Source of the DNA: Aureliella sp.
GTDB taxonomy: Bacteria > Planctomycetota > Planctomycetia > Pirellulales > Pirellulaceae
DNA: 64,000 nucleotides
Assembly: GCA_963691875.1 (NCBI GenBank)
Contig: OY829846.1
Coordinates: 928,001-992,000 of the forward strand
Direction of reading: 5' to 3'
Shown here: positions 41,119 to 51,601 of the stretch, piece after piece
How the letters are laid out: each line of letters opens with the position of its first letter
How positions within the stretch are numbered: position 1 is the first letter of the stretch
Position numbers and translations under genes: made by a program
The notes under the pieces: model-generated
What the model was told of the DNA's origin: nothing
Database searches by the model: none
The model's input: the letters and a program-made list of their open reading frames with translations, nothing else

Positions 41119-42062
41119 TACAACAGAACTCCATTGGTTGGCTCGAGCGGCTTGGGCAAGTTTTCTCGGTCGTCGATCATCTCAAGTAAGTTGATCTCGA
41201 TGGTGCGGGAGATTCCATCCAGTGGCAAGTCGTTGTCATCGAGTTCGAATGGCTGCTCGACTTCATCGCCAATTGCGTCCAGACCAAACAAGGCGTAGGA
41301 AATAAGGCAAACAACAAGAGGTGTCGCCCATCCGGTGGAGGCAATCAATCCGAAGGGCATCGCGAGGCAGTAGATCGCCACGATCCGGTGGATAAGAACG
41401 TTGTAGGTGAAGGGGAGTGGTGTGCTCTTGATGCGTTCACAGCCGCCTTGGACGCCGAGCATTTCGGTGAGACTTTCCTCTAGCACTGGCAAGTGATACT
41501 TGTCAAGGAAACCGGCGTACCACGCTTCGCGGAGTTTCAAGCCGACCCGTTGGATGATCGCATTGGGACGATTCCAGTGGCCCAAGGCAAAGTCGCGTTC
41601 TTCTTTACATAGATACTGCGTAAGCTCAGCGGATGGATCTGTGTCGCGAAGGTGGTGCCGAAATGAATGAACGTAAGCAATTTGCGTTCGCACTAGGTCT
41701 CGTTGCAGTTCCTCGACCTGCTTGGCCTCAGATTCTGACTTGGGATTGATCAAGTAAAGCACTTGACGCGAGTAACTTCTCGAGACGTTGACCATCCGCC
41801 CCCATAACTTGCGTCCTTCCCAGAATCGTTCATATGACTCGTTGTTACGAAATCCGAGAAAGATAGCCATCGCGAATCCCACCAATCCAAATGGCGTCGT
41901 GCCATCGAGGTGAAATTCAAACTCATAGTAAAGGTCTATGTAAGTCAAGATTGCGGCCGAAGCCGTCACGACTGCAATTCGAGGCCAAATAGTGTGGATC
42001 ACGCTGCCACGAAACGCGAACACCATGCGAAGCCAACTACGTTTCTTGCTGAGAACAATCAC
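41118..42062 (-). CDS. Bestrophin-family ion channel
   Basis: IFLGFRNNESYERFWEGRKLWG, GGCERIKSTPLP, IGDEVEQPF..DNDLPLD. Confidence 0.93.
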   Translation of the reverse strand: MIVLSKKRSWLRMVFAFRGSVIHTIWPRIAVVTASAAILTYIDLYYEFEFHLDGTTPFGLVGFAMAIFLGFRNNESYERFWEGRKLWGRMVNVSRSYSRQVLYLINPKSESEAKQVEELQRDLVRTQIAYVHSFRHHLRDTDPSAELTQYLCKEERDFALGHWNRPNAIIQRVGLKLREAWYAGFLDKYHLPVLEESLTEMLGVQGGCERIKSTPLPFTYNVLIHRIVAIYCLAMPFGLIASTGWATPLVVCLISYALFGLDAIGDEVEQPFELDDNDLPLDGISRTIEINLLEMIDDRENLPKPLEPTNGVLL

Positions 42063-42123
42063 CTGAGGCTGTAATCCTGATCACGGGTTAATAAGAGAAT
42101 TGGGATACAAAACTACTATTGAA

Positions 42124-43098
42124 TTACTTTTTCTTATCGTCAATGAAGGTCACGATGGGAAAGACTTCAGGAATATGCGAATCCCAGACACCATGATAGC
42201 TGAGAGCCCAGCCGCCGGAGTCCCGCGACTTATCCTCACTTGCCAGTGGTGCTTCCTTGTACTGGTTGAAACGCGAGAAATCCAATCGCCACTTGTCACC
42301 ATTCTTGGGAGGAACGGCGCGTGGGGAAGAGAGATCCAGGACTCGTAGTTCTTTCCATGGCAGCCCCAGCTCGACGGTCCATCCGCGATCCCGGTCTTCG
42401 TTATTGTTCAAAGTGCCATCGATGTGTACAGCTGATTTTAAGCCTGGATAGTCCCAGCCAAGAAAGGCCCAACGTTTTCCTCGAGGATGACTTTTGTAGC
42501 CCACACCGTTGAAGGCTTGCCACTTTACTCCATCAAGCGTTTTGTCGAGCTTCGGCAACTTGGCGATCCCCGAGGACTCGTAGTTCGACTGCCAAACAAA
42601 GAGACCTTCGTAGATTGTCCCGTGTGCGTTGATTTCGAACTCGTAGTACGCGTCCTCGCCAGCAATGAAGAACTCGACATCATTGTCGCGATATATCGGA
42701 CTATCTCGCTCCGTGAATTTGGCCGTCACAAAGGGCTCTTCGATTTTGTAGGCAACGTACAAATACTTGTCATCCCACAACAATTTCACTCGGGTTTCGT
42801 GCAGCGTCTTCGAGCCAGAAATCAGATCGACGAAGCTGGGAGACCACTCCGCTTTTTGCCACTCTGCCTCGTTAACTTTGCCATCTATCTCGATCGGGGT
42901 TCGCGAACGCGTGGCCTTAATCTGCCGTACTTCTGACTGTGCCACGGGTGGGAATTCTTGGCTTGGCAGGATTCTTGGAAAGGCAGTAAGAACCAAGTAT
43001 ACAAGTGCAATCCGCCACAAGAACGGACTTGGGGCAACGAATCCTGGGTAAGCAACAGACAGTCTGCGGCTGCGTGAAAAGGTGGTTGGATAGGGCAT
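42124..43098 (-). CDS. Carbohydrate-binding family 9-like (CBM9/DOMON-like) exported protein
   Basis: IDGKVNEAEWQKA, VKLLWDDKYLYVA, DNDVEFFI, YYEFEINAHG, WTVELGLPW. Confidence 0.85.
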   Translation of the reverse strand: MPYPTTFSRSRRLSVAYPGFVAPSPFLWRIALVYLVLTAFPRILPSQEFPPVAQSEVRQIKATRSRTPIEIDGKVNEAEWQKAEWSPSFVDLISGSKTLHETRVKLLWDDKYLYVAYKIEEPFVTAKFTERDSPIYRDNDVEFFIAGEDAYYEFEINAHGTIYEGLFVWQSNYESSGIAKLPKLDKTLDGVKWQAFNGVGYKSHPRGKRWAFLGWDYPGLKSAVHIDGTLNNNEDRDRGWTVELGLPWKELRVLDLSSPRAVPPKNGDKWRLDFSRFNQYKEAPLASEDKSRDSGGWALSYHGVWDSHIPEVFPIVTFIDDKKK

Positions 43099-43332
43099 CG
43101 GGTCTTGCCAGGGAATGCAGCGAGAATTAAAGCAATGTGTTGGTTTTTGGTTGTCAGACCCCGATTATACCCTGCGAGAGATGACGGATTTCGACAGATT
43201 TCCGACACTGGGGGAACGAAAAGCAATTTGATTTCGTCCACTTCCAGCACTGCTCGGCCGAGTTCTGTTTCCAAGGAAAGCTTGAATTCGGTAGTATGGA
43301 AAGGGAAGCGATTCCCGAGAAGGAGAGCCGAT

Positions 43333-46300
43333 TTGGTCAACTTGGAGAAGAAAGTGCGACACTCTTCACTGACATTCATTCGCTTTGGTCTGCTTGCAGT
43401 ACTTGTTGTGGCTATCGCAAAACCAGGATTGGCCCAGAGTGGTTCTTATCGTGATGGCACTCGGCGACATCCCAACGACCAAACGACACAGCGTTGGCTG
43501 CCACTGCCACAGGAGTTCTCGAAATCGGAACCGCCTCTGAAGCAGATGATGGCGTTGCAAGAACTGCAAGCGATGTTGCAAGGTGCAGGACAGGCGACGG
43601 TTTCCGACATGAGTGAAGATCAGCTTCAGAAGATGGAGGAGACCTTTAAGAACTGGCAGAACAACAATGCTGGTATAGAAGGGCTGCCAGACCTTAGCAG
43701 CATTCCGCCAAATTGGATTGATCGAGCCATAAGCAGCCCGCAGATGCGCAAGCAAGCTCACGACATGCTCGACGACTATGCCCGCAAACGCAAGGTCCCT
43801 CGAGCAAACGCAGGCGGGCATGGTCGCCCTGTCTTGCCGCCGACGAATCTCGATCCGAGCAATGAGTTCAACAGATCGTTGCCTCCAAGACAGCAGCGTC
43901 TGGATAATCGCAATCCCGGCTCATTTGAGCCGACAGAGGACCAGCCCCGGAATCGTTATCAGCCCAACCCGAGAAACTCGGTTCCACCGAATTCTCGTGA
44001 GCAAGAGCCGTTCTCGCCAGGAGGGTTTTCGACACCTCGGGATCCGTTCTCGCCGCGCGATTCTTCTAACCCGCGAGATTCCGGGCAGCCGGAGAATTCC
44101 AACGATTCTTCCAATCAAACACAAGCGTCGGATTTAAACTCAGGCGGTGAGATCGCGAATCCTTTTGATATGCTACCGGAGGATCGTGAGGAACAGGCAA
44201 AGATTCCCAATCCACAGGACATGCTGCCCTCGAACCGCAATGGCACCGACGACGGCGGATTGAACAATTTGCTCGGCAGCGAAGCAATCCAAGATCTTTT
44301 CGGTGGAGAAGGTGGAAGGAGCTTGGACAAAGAGCAAGTTAGAAAGTCGCTGGATGACAGTGGACTTGAAAAGGCAATGCGAAATGGCGCCTTCGACGAG
44401 CTGCTCCAGAACAAATCCTTTCAAGACGCGATGCGCAGCGATGAGTTGAAAGACGCGTTGAAGGCTGGAGATATTGGTGGCGCACTAAATAGCAAACCCA
44501 TGCGGGAATTGCTTCAAGACCCTGGCATGGACGATACCTTGCGGCGGATGATGCAGGAAATGGGTAACGACGATTCCAGTCGTGCGATAGGTCAGAATTC
44601 CCCAAGCGGAAGTAGTCAGAACTACCCAAGCGGAATTGCTCCCAATTCCCATGAAGAGATGAATCCGAATTCCCGGGGCGGGAAGCGTCCGAATTCTCTG
44701 ACGGGTGATCCCAGCCGCCAGCCAAGCGAACCGCGCCGCAACTCACAATTCTCCAACAATGAGGCGAGATCCAACTCAACTAAACTTCCGTCAGTTCCGA
44801 ACGCGCAGCAAGAAGAAGCGATTCGTCGCTTAATGGATCAGCTGGCTCGGGACAATAATTTGCCGACCTCGCAGGACTTGACTCGCAGTGGTAACAATAC
44901 TCGATCGCTTGGTGGTTCATCTCCAAGCTTCGAGCCTACACAGCCTTACCGAGCAAATCCAGGTGTTGAACCAGGACGACGCAATCGGGCGACTGCTCCG
45001 AGAACCTGGGATCCCAACCTTTCGCTTTCCAATCGAAATAGTGGCACAAACTCACAACCTCGAAATTCTACTTTTAATCGTGGCCAAACGCCTGGTGAAT
45101 CAGGATTGCGAAGACCAGCGGCTGACGGTGAATCGGGCTCTTTTGAGAAGCTCGCTCAGCGTAAAGAACAACTACCGAACGCACCTCTTGACGCTATTCG
45201 CGATAACACGGGATCAGCAAGTACCGAGTCCAACGGATTGCAAGCCGCTGGTTCTGAAAATGCAACTCAAAAGATGACACAACAATTTGAAGATGCTATC
45301 CGTGGCATCTCGAAGGGTCGTGATGGCGACAACTCTAACTCCGAAGACCCATTTGCTGCGATCCGCCAGCAGCAGATTCAGAAAGCCTTGGGAGAGCAGA
45401 GTCGTGCCATCGCCGAGAGTCTCAGATCGCAGGGGGCAGGCAACTCAGGTGCTAGCCCAAGTAAAAACGCATTAAAGGATCTGATCGACGCTGCAGACCC
45501 GGAGTCGATCAAGAAGCTCGTCGAAAGCAAAGGGTTTGGAAATACGATTCAGGCAATTGTCGACAACGCAATTGAGCGAGAGAAGAAGGGACCATCGAGG
45601 GCTGGCAAATCCTCCTTGAGTTCAGATGCTACCCGGAGAACAAACGGCTCTAGAGAGGACACTGATTACTCGGATCGCTTAAAGAATGCAATTGATCGGT
45701 TAGCAGGTAAGTCGCCAAAGGATCCTTCAAAATCGAATACTAATAGTACCGGCGATTCGAATTCAGATTCCCAATCCAATCTTAGTACCAACACGCAATC
45801 CAGTTCTGGAAAGGGTGATATCGCCCAGAGTGTGGGAGGGAAAGACAAGAAATCTGGTATCAGCGGGATGTGGTCTGATGCATTGAAGTCCGTCCAACAG
45901 TCGCCCAAAACCGCTTCATCTCGCGGTTCCTCTGGGGAAACTTCCGGAGGAGCTGGTTCATCGGTGGCGTCCGCTGCCTCCTCCGCTGCGAATGCAGTTG
46001 GAAATCTGGAGATGCCAAGCTTTGATGGATCATTTCTATGGAGCTTGTTGATTTTCGGATTCATTATTGCAGGCATCATCATCGCAGCACTTTCGTTGCG
46101 TCGTCTTGCAATATATTTCGACCCGGAGCAGGTAGAACGACGCTGGGTGCAAAAAGTCCTGAAGGCAGGCGTGAAAACGCGAGAAGACGTGGTGAGGGCT
46201 TACCACAACTTAGTACTCCGCAGCTCCAACTCTGTGGCAAATTGGTGGACACATCGCTATGTGGCGAAACAACTATCCCTTGAGATTTCGCCGCAGCTTG

Positions 46301-46431
46301 CAGTGTTGCTGCAAGAGATTACGAATATCTATGAGGAGGCAAGGTATTTGCCACCTGAATGCGAGCTGGATAGCAGTCAGATTCAGTGCATGGAGTCCGC
46401 AATCCAGCGATTCGAGACTGCAGGCGCATAG
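43333..46431 (+). CDS. Very large, mostly low-complexity exported protein with a C-terminal TM and DUF4129-like domain (start uncertain; frame open from 43105)
   Basis: AGGAG followed by TTG at 43333, signal-like FGLLAVLVVAIAKPGLA, long S/N/P/G/Q/D-rich region, TM FLWSLLIFGFIIAGIIIAAL, then DVVRAYH...ITNIYEEARY. Confidence 0.75.
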   Translation: MVNLEKKVRHSSLTFIRFGLLAVLVVAIAKPGLAQSGSYRDGTRRHPNDQTTQRWLPLPQEFSKSEPPLKQMMALQELQAMLQGAGQATVSDMSEDQLQKMEETFKNWQNNNAGIEGLPDLSSIPPNWIDRAISSPQMRKQAHDMLDDYARKRKVPRANAGGHGRPVLPPTNLDPSNEFNRSLPPRQQRLDNRNPGSFEPTEDQPRNRYQPNPRNSVPPNSREQEPFSPGGFSTPRDPFSPRDSSNPRDSGQPENSNDSSNQTQASDLNSGGEIANPFDMLPEDREEQAKIPNPQDMLPSNRNGTDDGGLNNLLGSEAIQDLFGGEGGRSLDKEQVRKSLDDSGLEKAMRNGAFDELLQNKSFQDAMRSDELKDALKAGDIGGALNSKPMRELLQDPGMDDTLRRMMQEMGNDDSSRAIGQNSPSGSSQNYPSGIAPNSHEEMNPNSRGGKRPNSLTGDPSRQPSEPRRNSQFSNNEARSNSTKLPSVPNAQQEEAIRRLMDQLARDNNLPTSQDLTRSGNNTRSLGGSSPSFEPTQPYRANPGVEPGRRNRATAPRTWDPNLSLSNRNSGTNSQPRNSTFNRGQTPGESGLRRPAADGESGSFEKLAQRKEQLPNAPLDAIRDNTGSASTESNGLQAAGSENATQKMTQQFEDAIRGISKGRDGDNSNSEDPFAAIRQQQIQKALGEQSRAIAESLRSQGAGNSGASPSKNALKDLIDAADPESIKKLVESKGFGNTIQAIVDNAIEREKKGPSRAGKSSLSSDATRRTNGSREDTDYSDRLKNAIDRLAGKSPKDPSKSNTNSTGDSNSDSQSNLSTNTQSSSGKGDIAQSVGGKDKKSGISGMWSDALKSVQQSPKTASSRGSSGETSGGAGSSVASAASSAANAVGNLEMPSFDGSFLWSLLIFGFIIAGIIIAALSLRRLAIYFDPEQVERRWVQKVLKAGVKTREDVVRAYHNLVLRSSNSVANWWTHRYVAKQLSLEISPQLAVLLQEITNIYEEARYLPPECELDSSQIQCMESAIQRFETAGA

Positions 46432-46434
46432 TCG

Positions 46435-47871
46435 ATGTTCAGAATCAATGGCTATGCCCCCTTCGCATTCAGTGCCGTTGCACATGGACGCAGTGAACGA
46501 GTTAGAACGCTCCGCTTAGCGCTTTGCGTGAGCATTTTCGCTCTGCAGGGTGTGCTACTCCCGATAAAGCAAGTCGCTGCCCAGGACAGTGCGGAAAGCG
46601 AAAACGAACTAAGCCCGCAGCAACAGCAGCAATGGCAACTCGGCTATGACATGTTCCAGATGCTGTTGGAAGAACGAGGGCTGCAAGCTGTGCGCAGCTA
46701 CGTAGATGCGTTTGAGGCGCCGAACGAAACAGTCCTTGTGTTAACCGGTTCCGACAGTGAAATCAATGCAACGGTCCGAGAGAAGCTAGCCCTCTTCGTG
46801 GATGCTGGGGGAGCTGTGCTCATCCTCTCAGATGGCTCACTGACTACCGGCTTGGGAAATATCAAATATACGGTCGTCGAGGGAACAGATTCCAGGAAAC
46901 TCTATCAAGGGTATAGCGATTGTATTCAACTTAGTGAAGAAAACATCGATCCCAGTCTGAAAGTTCGAACAGTCGTTTGCAACCGGACGAGCTACTTCAT
47001 CGCGAAGTCTAACACGTTGAATTGGAAACCACTCGTTTCATTGCCCCGAATCCAGCTTTCTCCTTATGCTGCACGCGGCAAACCAGTAATCAGCCTGGGC
47101 CGATCTCGATTGAGCGACGGGGGCATCGCTTTGATATCCGCTGATGCGAGCCTGTTCACCAATGGTATGATTTGGCATGGAGATAATGCTGTTCTTGCGA
47201 TTGAGTTTTGCAAACTTCTTAGCGAAGGAGATCGCAAGCGACTCGTGTTCGTCTCTGGAGGGCAGCTAATGCCAAGCTACGAACAGCAGTTATCCAAGAT
47301 GCTCAATCCACCGATTCCAGAGCCAACTTTGGATCGACTGCTGAGAATTGCCAATGCTGTCGCGCAAGATGTGCAAGCTTCCAATGTGGTCAACGAGGCG
47401 CTTTCTCAGCAGCCGCGCAACGTGAGCCCGAGACGCTACTACCGATTTATGCTGGCCGTACTCGCAGGATTAATCCTATTAATCATTCTGTGGATGATTC
47501 TCCGTAGTGGGAGTTTCCAAACTATGTTTGTCAATCATCGCAAGATGAAGGCCGGGTATCAGCTGCGAGACAATGCTTACGGTACCAATGGTGATTATCG
47601 TAGTGCAGCGGGCTACCTTGCTCGGGAGTATTGCTATGAGTTGACGGGTTCTCAACAATCCAGCGACTGGAGGCAATACTGGGAGGAATCCAAAGCGAAG
47701 TTACGCGTCGGAGGGCTGAGCACTGGCGAGATACGGAACTTGGGTGAAGTGATCGATATCGCTTGTCGCGGTAGCCAATCACGCATGAGTAGCCGAGATT
47801 TTCACCAGTTCGGTTTGTCGATCAAGAGCCTGCGATCCTGGAACATAGCCAAGCGGGTTTCAACAGCGTAG
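46435..47871 (+). CDS. DUF4350-like membrane protein
   Basis: N-terminal signal/TM, FVDAGGAVLILSD, ADASLFTNGMI...DNAVLA, second TM, operon context. Confidence 0.7.
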   Translation: MFRINGYAPFAFSAVAHGRSERVRTLRLALCVSIFALQGVLLPIKQVAAQDSAESENELSPQQQQQWQLGYDMFQMLLEERGLQAVRSYVDAFEAPNETVLVLTGSDSEINATVREKLALFVDAGGAVLILSDGSLTTGLGNIKYTVVEGTDSRKLYQGYSDCIQLSEENIDPSLKVRTVVCNRTSYFIAKSNTLNWKPLVSLPRIQLSPYAARGKPVISLGRSRLSDGGIALISADASLFTNGMIWHGDNAVLAIEFCKLLSEGDRKRLVFVSGGQLMPSYEQQLSKMLNPPIPEPTLDRLLRIANAVAQDVQASNVVNEALSQQPRNVSPRRYYRFMLAVLAGLILLIILWMILRSGSFQTMFVNHRKMKAGYQLRDNAYGTNGDYRSAAGYLAREYCYELTGSQQSSDWRQYWEESKAKLRVGGLSTGEIRNLGEVIDIACRGSQSRMSSRDFHQFGLSIKSLRSWNIAKRVSTA

Positions 47872-47907
47872 TTGTCGCTAGCGGTTTGGATTGCCCATCA
47901 TTACCCT

Positions 47908-48945
47908 ATGAATAGATTGATTGTGTCTACGATTACCAACTCTGAGCTCAATGAAGTTGCGGCACGTGTTAGTGAATTGCGGCAAGGAATTCGAGACGCC
48001 GTTTCACGCGTTGTCGTTGGGCAAGACCATGTGACAAATCAGCTCTTGATGGCGCTCGTTGCGGGTGGTCATGTTCTCTTGGAGGGAGTGCCAGGAACAG
48101 CTAAGACGACCTTGTGCCGGGCATTTTCCCGCGTTCTGGGTATCCACTACGAGCGGATCCAATTCACTCCAGATTTACTACCGTCGGATGTCACTGGTAC
48201 TCAAGTATTAGACCGAGAGACCAGTGATTTCGTTTTGCGAAAGGGTCCAGTGTTCTGCCAGTTGCTGCTAGCAGATGAGCTAAATCGTGCACCGGCACGA
48301 ACGCAATCCTCACTGCTGGAAGCAATGCAGGAACGTCAAGTCACGATTGAGGGCCAAACACTTCCGCTTCCTGAGCCCTTCATTGTTCTGGCAACACAGA
48401 ATCCAATCGAGCAAGAAGGCGTCTACCGACTGCCGGAAGCACAGCTAGACCGTTTTCTGTTCAGAGTTCATGTTGGTTATCCGAATCGGGACCAGGAAAT
48501 CGATATGCTCGATGTTCACAGTCAACCGATTGCGGAGCTGGAGGCAGTATGTGATCACAAGACAATTGTTGAGATTCAGCACGCACTCAACGAAGTCTTC
48601 TGCTCACCCGAAATGAAGGAGTATATCATTGATCTGATCCGCAAGAGTCGGTCACATCTTGATTTGGTGCTAGGGGCAAGCCCGCGCGCTGCGATTAGTG
48701 TGCTGAAAGCATCGCGGGCACATGCTTTGCTGGAGGGACGCGGCTATTTGACTCACGAGGATGTTCAAGCTGTCGCAATGCCAGTTCTGGCTCACAGACT
48801 GATCATTCGCCCCGAGTCTGAGATGGACGGAACGACAATCGAGACCGTAGTCCAGCAATTGATTCAATCTGTTCCCGTTCTGAAGGAGTCGAGTGCGGGT
48901 AGTCCAGTTCAAGCACAGATCATCGAGCCTCCGCGGAATCCCTAG
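47908..48945 (+). CDS. moxR: MoxR-family AAA+ ATPase (start 47908 or 47923)
   Basis: GGHVLLEGVPGTAKT, RIQFTPDLLPSDVTG, LLADELNRA, ATQNPIEQEGVYRLPEAQLDRF, GASPR. Confidence 0.95.
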   Translation: MNRLIVSTITNSELNEVAARVSELRQGIRDAVSRVVVGQDHVTNQLLMALVAGGHVLLEGVPGTAKTTLCRAFSRVLGIHYERIQFTPDLLPSDVTGTQVLDRETSDFVLRKGPVFCQLLLADELNRAPARTQSSLLEAMQERQVTIEGQTLPLPEPFIVLATQNPIEQEGVYRLPEAQLDRFLFRVHVGYPNRDQEIDMLDVHSQPIAELEAVCDHKTIVEIQHALNEVFCSPEMKEYIIDLIRKSRSHLDLVLGASPRAAISVLKASRAHALLEGRGYLTHEDVQAVAMPVLAHRLIIRPESEMDGTTIETVVQQLIQSVPVLKESSAGSPVQAQIIEPPRNP

Positions 48946-48947
48946 TT

Positions 48948-50732
48948 ATGACAGGTCGCGCCAGATGGCTTCTTCTACTAAGTGTGCTTGGAGCTTGGTT
49001 GGGCTTGGTTCGATACCAACCCAATCTGGTCCTCGTTTCACTATCGGTCTTTGTGTGGATCATTGTCGAGTGGATTCGCTTCGTGGTTCGTGGGCGAATC
49101 GAACTGTATCGCATTCGAGTCGAGCGTTTTGTAAACGGCGAGCAGCGTTCCAATGACGTTCTTTGGGCCGGGCGCACGTCGCAAATCGAGGTTAAGATCT
49201 CGGGGCCCACGCGATTAAATCCGGGCTTAGAGTTTCGTGACATTGTCCCGGAAAATTTCGCGCTTCTTATTTCCTCTGACCAGCATGACCATTTGGCTGG
49301 CAAGAAGGGACTCGCAAAACTGTGGGCCAAAATCAATTCGGGGCCTTCGATTCAAAAATCGAAAGTTACTTCGCCACAAGAGTTTTCCCTTGAGAATACG
49401 CAGAAGACGGCGAAATTCGAATACATGGTACGGCCGCGATCAGCAGGGAAAGTTGTCTTGCCCGCAGTTCGCATCACGATGGTCGATAGTTTCGGGTTCT
49501 TCCGCCAACACAGGAGAGTCGATTGCAAACAGACCTTTAGTGTACTGCCAGACTACTACATGGGCGGAGAACGTCAAAGCACCGTCAAGCATTTCAACTG
49601 CTTGCCCCGACACGGAATTCACCGACTAAATCGACCTGGAATCGGATCTGAACTACTCGAGCTGCGAGAGTATGCTCCTGGTGATCCGCCCAAGTCAATA
49701 GCTTGGAAAGTCTCTGCAAGACGTGGAACGCTGATGACGCGTCAGTACGAATCGGAGGTCCCGGTTCGTGTGAACATGATCATCGACGGATCTGTTTCGA
49801 CCAGAATCGGCGGATTCGGGCTGCGACTGCTGGACCAATTCAACTACGTCGCCGCCAGCGTGGCGAAATCCGCATTGGCGGTTGGTGACCCAGTCTGTGC
49901 TTCATTGGTGGATGAGAATCGCACCCGCCGGATGCCTTCCTTTTCTGGCGACGGAGGATTTTTGCAGTTTCTGAAGGCTCTGTCTGATTTTTCAGATGCG
50001 CCGCCCCCGCCTACAAACTGGCTCAAGCCTCAGATGATGGAATTTGCTCTGCGGTCTTTGAACGAGCGTTATCCCGAATTGCTGATGCGGAAGTACCAAG
50101 TCTTGCCTTTTAGCTTTTTTCGAAGTCGACGTGCCCGGTACCGACTTGTGGCAGCACTCGGGGCCCTCTTTAATCTGAGTGCTCGAGAGCAGGTCGAATG
50201 CTACCAGAATGATAAAGCGTTGGCTCGGCAGGCAAGGCGTTTCTTACACGAATGTGGACGCCCCTGGATGCCTCCCTTCACGATTGTTCCTCCAGTTGTA
50301 AATCAAGCAGCTCCGCAGAATATGAAAGTGGTTAGCCACGCGATGACTCGGAGCTTGGCAACGGCCAAAGACAACGAAGTGTATGTCGTGTTGGCAGATC
50401 TCTTAACCTGTGCGCCGCAAATAGATCAGATCTTGCCAGCAGTCAAACTGGCATTGGCAAAACACCATCGTGTTGCATTTGTGTGTCCCTCGAGCACTTT
50501 CGTTCGGCCAAGCAACGAAATTATCGTTCCGGAGTCGGAAAGTATCGATGACATGCTGCGGGCAACAGAACAGACGCGAACACGTGACTTCGCTGAGCAG
50601 TTGGGGCGAAGCTTGGGCCGACTTGGCGTGCCTGTTGCATTTTCAGGGGAAAAGAACGCGATCCAGATGATCATCGATGAAATCGAAGTTTCACGTGATG
50701 GTCGCCGAATGCCGCAAGGAGCTCGAGCATGA
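48948..50732 (+). CDS. DUF58 / VWA-like MoxR partner
   Basis: GSELLELREYAPGDPPKSIAWKVSAR, MIIDGSVS (DxSxS MIDAS-like), N-terminal TM segments. Confidence 0.92.
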   Translation: MTGRARWLLLLSVLGAWLGLVRYQPNLVLVSLSVFVWIIVEWIRFVVRGRIELYRIRVERFVNGEQRSNDVLWAGRTSQIEVKISGPTRLNPGLEFRDIVPENFALLISSDQHDHLAGKKGLAKLWAKINSGPSIQKSKVTSPQEFSLENTQKTAKFEYMVRPRSAGKVVLPAVRITMVDSFGFFRQHRRVDCKQTFSVLPDYYMGGERQSTVKHFNCLPRHGIHRLNRPGIGSELLELREYAPGDPPKSIAWKVSARRGTLMTRQYESEVPVRVNMIIDGSVSTRIGGFGLRLLDQFNYVAASVAKSALAVGDPVCASLVDENRTRRMPSFSGDGGFLQFLKALSDFSDAPPPPTNWLKPQMMEFALRSLNERYPELLMRKYQVLPFSFFRSRRARYRLVAALGALFNLSAREQVECYQNDKALARQARRFLHECGRPWMPPFTIVPPVVNQAAPQNMKVVSHAMTRSLATAKDNEVYVVLADLLTCAPQIDQILPAVKLALAKHHRVAFVCPSSTFVRPSNEIIVPESESIDDMLRATEQTRTRDFAEQLGRSLGRLGVPVAFSGEKNAIQMIIDEIEVSRDGRRMPQGARA

Positions 50733-51598
50733 GGGACGCCTCCATGTCTCAAGAACAGTTGCAAGCCCCGGATCGTCCGCCTCCACCGAACGTATCGGGG
50801 AAGCAGCCCCCCAGCGTGGCTTGGCGGAGCAGCATCGTCGGAAAAGTAGCTTTCGGTATCGGGAATTGTATTCAGTTTGTTCTGATAGGACTGCTTCTCG
50901 ATCTTCTGCTCTTCACGGATGTGGAAATCAATGCTGGTCTGAAACTTGCTTTGCTCGCGTTCCTCATCTTTGGAATCGCCAAGCGACAAGCGTGGTTACT
51001 GTTAGTTGCCATTCAGTGTGCACTATTTTTTCGCGACGTGCGAAACACCAGCTTGATGCTCAACATGCTTTCCTATATCTATGCGACGACCGTTCTGATC
51101 TTGCTTCTATTTACCTTTCGACTGGAAAAGTATTCGGAATTTATCAGCGGCTACATCGCCGATAAGATCATGGGTGTGATCAGTGGCGAGAAAAAAAGTT
51201 GGCAGCAGACGCATCGCCTGTCCTCCGACGCAGTGCTTCCTAGTCTTGCTAAGTTGGCGAGTCGTATCATCGCGTTCGCTGGCGTCATACTGCTCGCATC
51301 GATCGTGATTCGCTATCTCCCCTTCGCGATCGATCGGCAAAAGTATTTGCTTTCTGCAGCTCAAGAGAACGACTACATGATGTGGCCAGGTTCCGGAGTG
51401 CTAGTTTTTGCACTTGGGCTCTTCTTGGTCATTCGCGAATTCTTCTGGCGACGTGCAACGCCTCTGCAGGCGGTCATGTATCTGCGCGGATTGCATTTAC
51501 GAGAGCACAATGTGGAAATTGGTTCAGTCATTCGGCGGCGGGCAAAAATCGAACAAAAGAAAAAGAAACAAGCACAGAAGAAAAGAAAGAAGAAATAA
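50729..51598 (+). CDS. Multi-pass membrane protein with a poly-Lys C-terminus
   Basis: About six hydrophobic segments, ATGA overlap with the DUF58 gene, ends QKKKKQAQKKRKKK. Confidence 0.75.
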   Translation: MRDASMSQEQLQAPDRPPPPNVSGKQPPSVAWRSSIVGKVAFGIGNCIQFVLIGLLLDLLLFTDVEINAGLKLALLAFLIFGIAKRQAWLLLVAIQCALFFRDVRNTSLMLNMLSYIYATTVLILLLFTFRLEKYSEFISGYIADKIMGVISGEKKSWQQTHRLSSDAVLPSLAKLASRIIAFAGVILLASIVIRYLPFAIDRQKYLLSAAQENDYMMWPGSGVLVFALGLFLVIREFFWRRATPLQAVMYLRGLHLREHNVEIGSVIRRRAKIEQKKKKQAQKKRKKK

Positions 51599-51601
51599 GA
51601 G

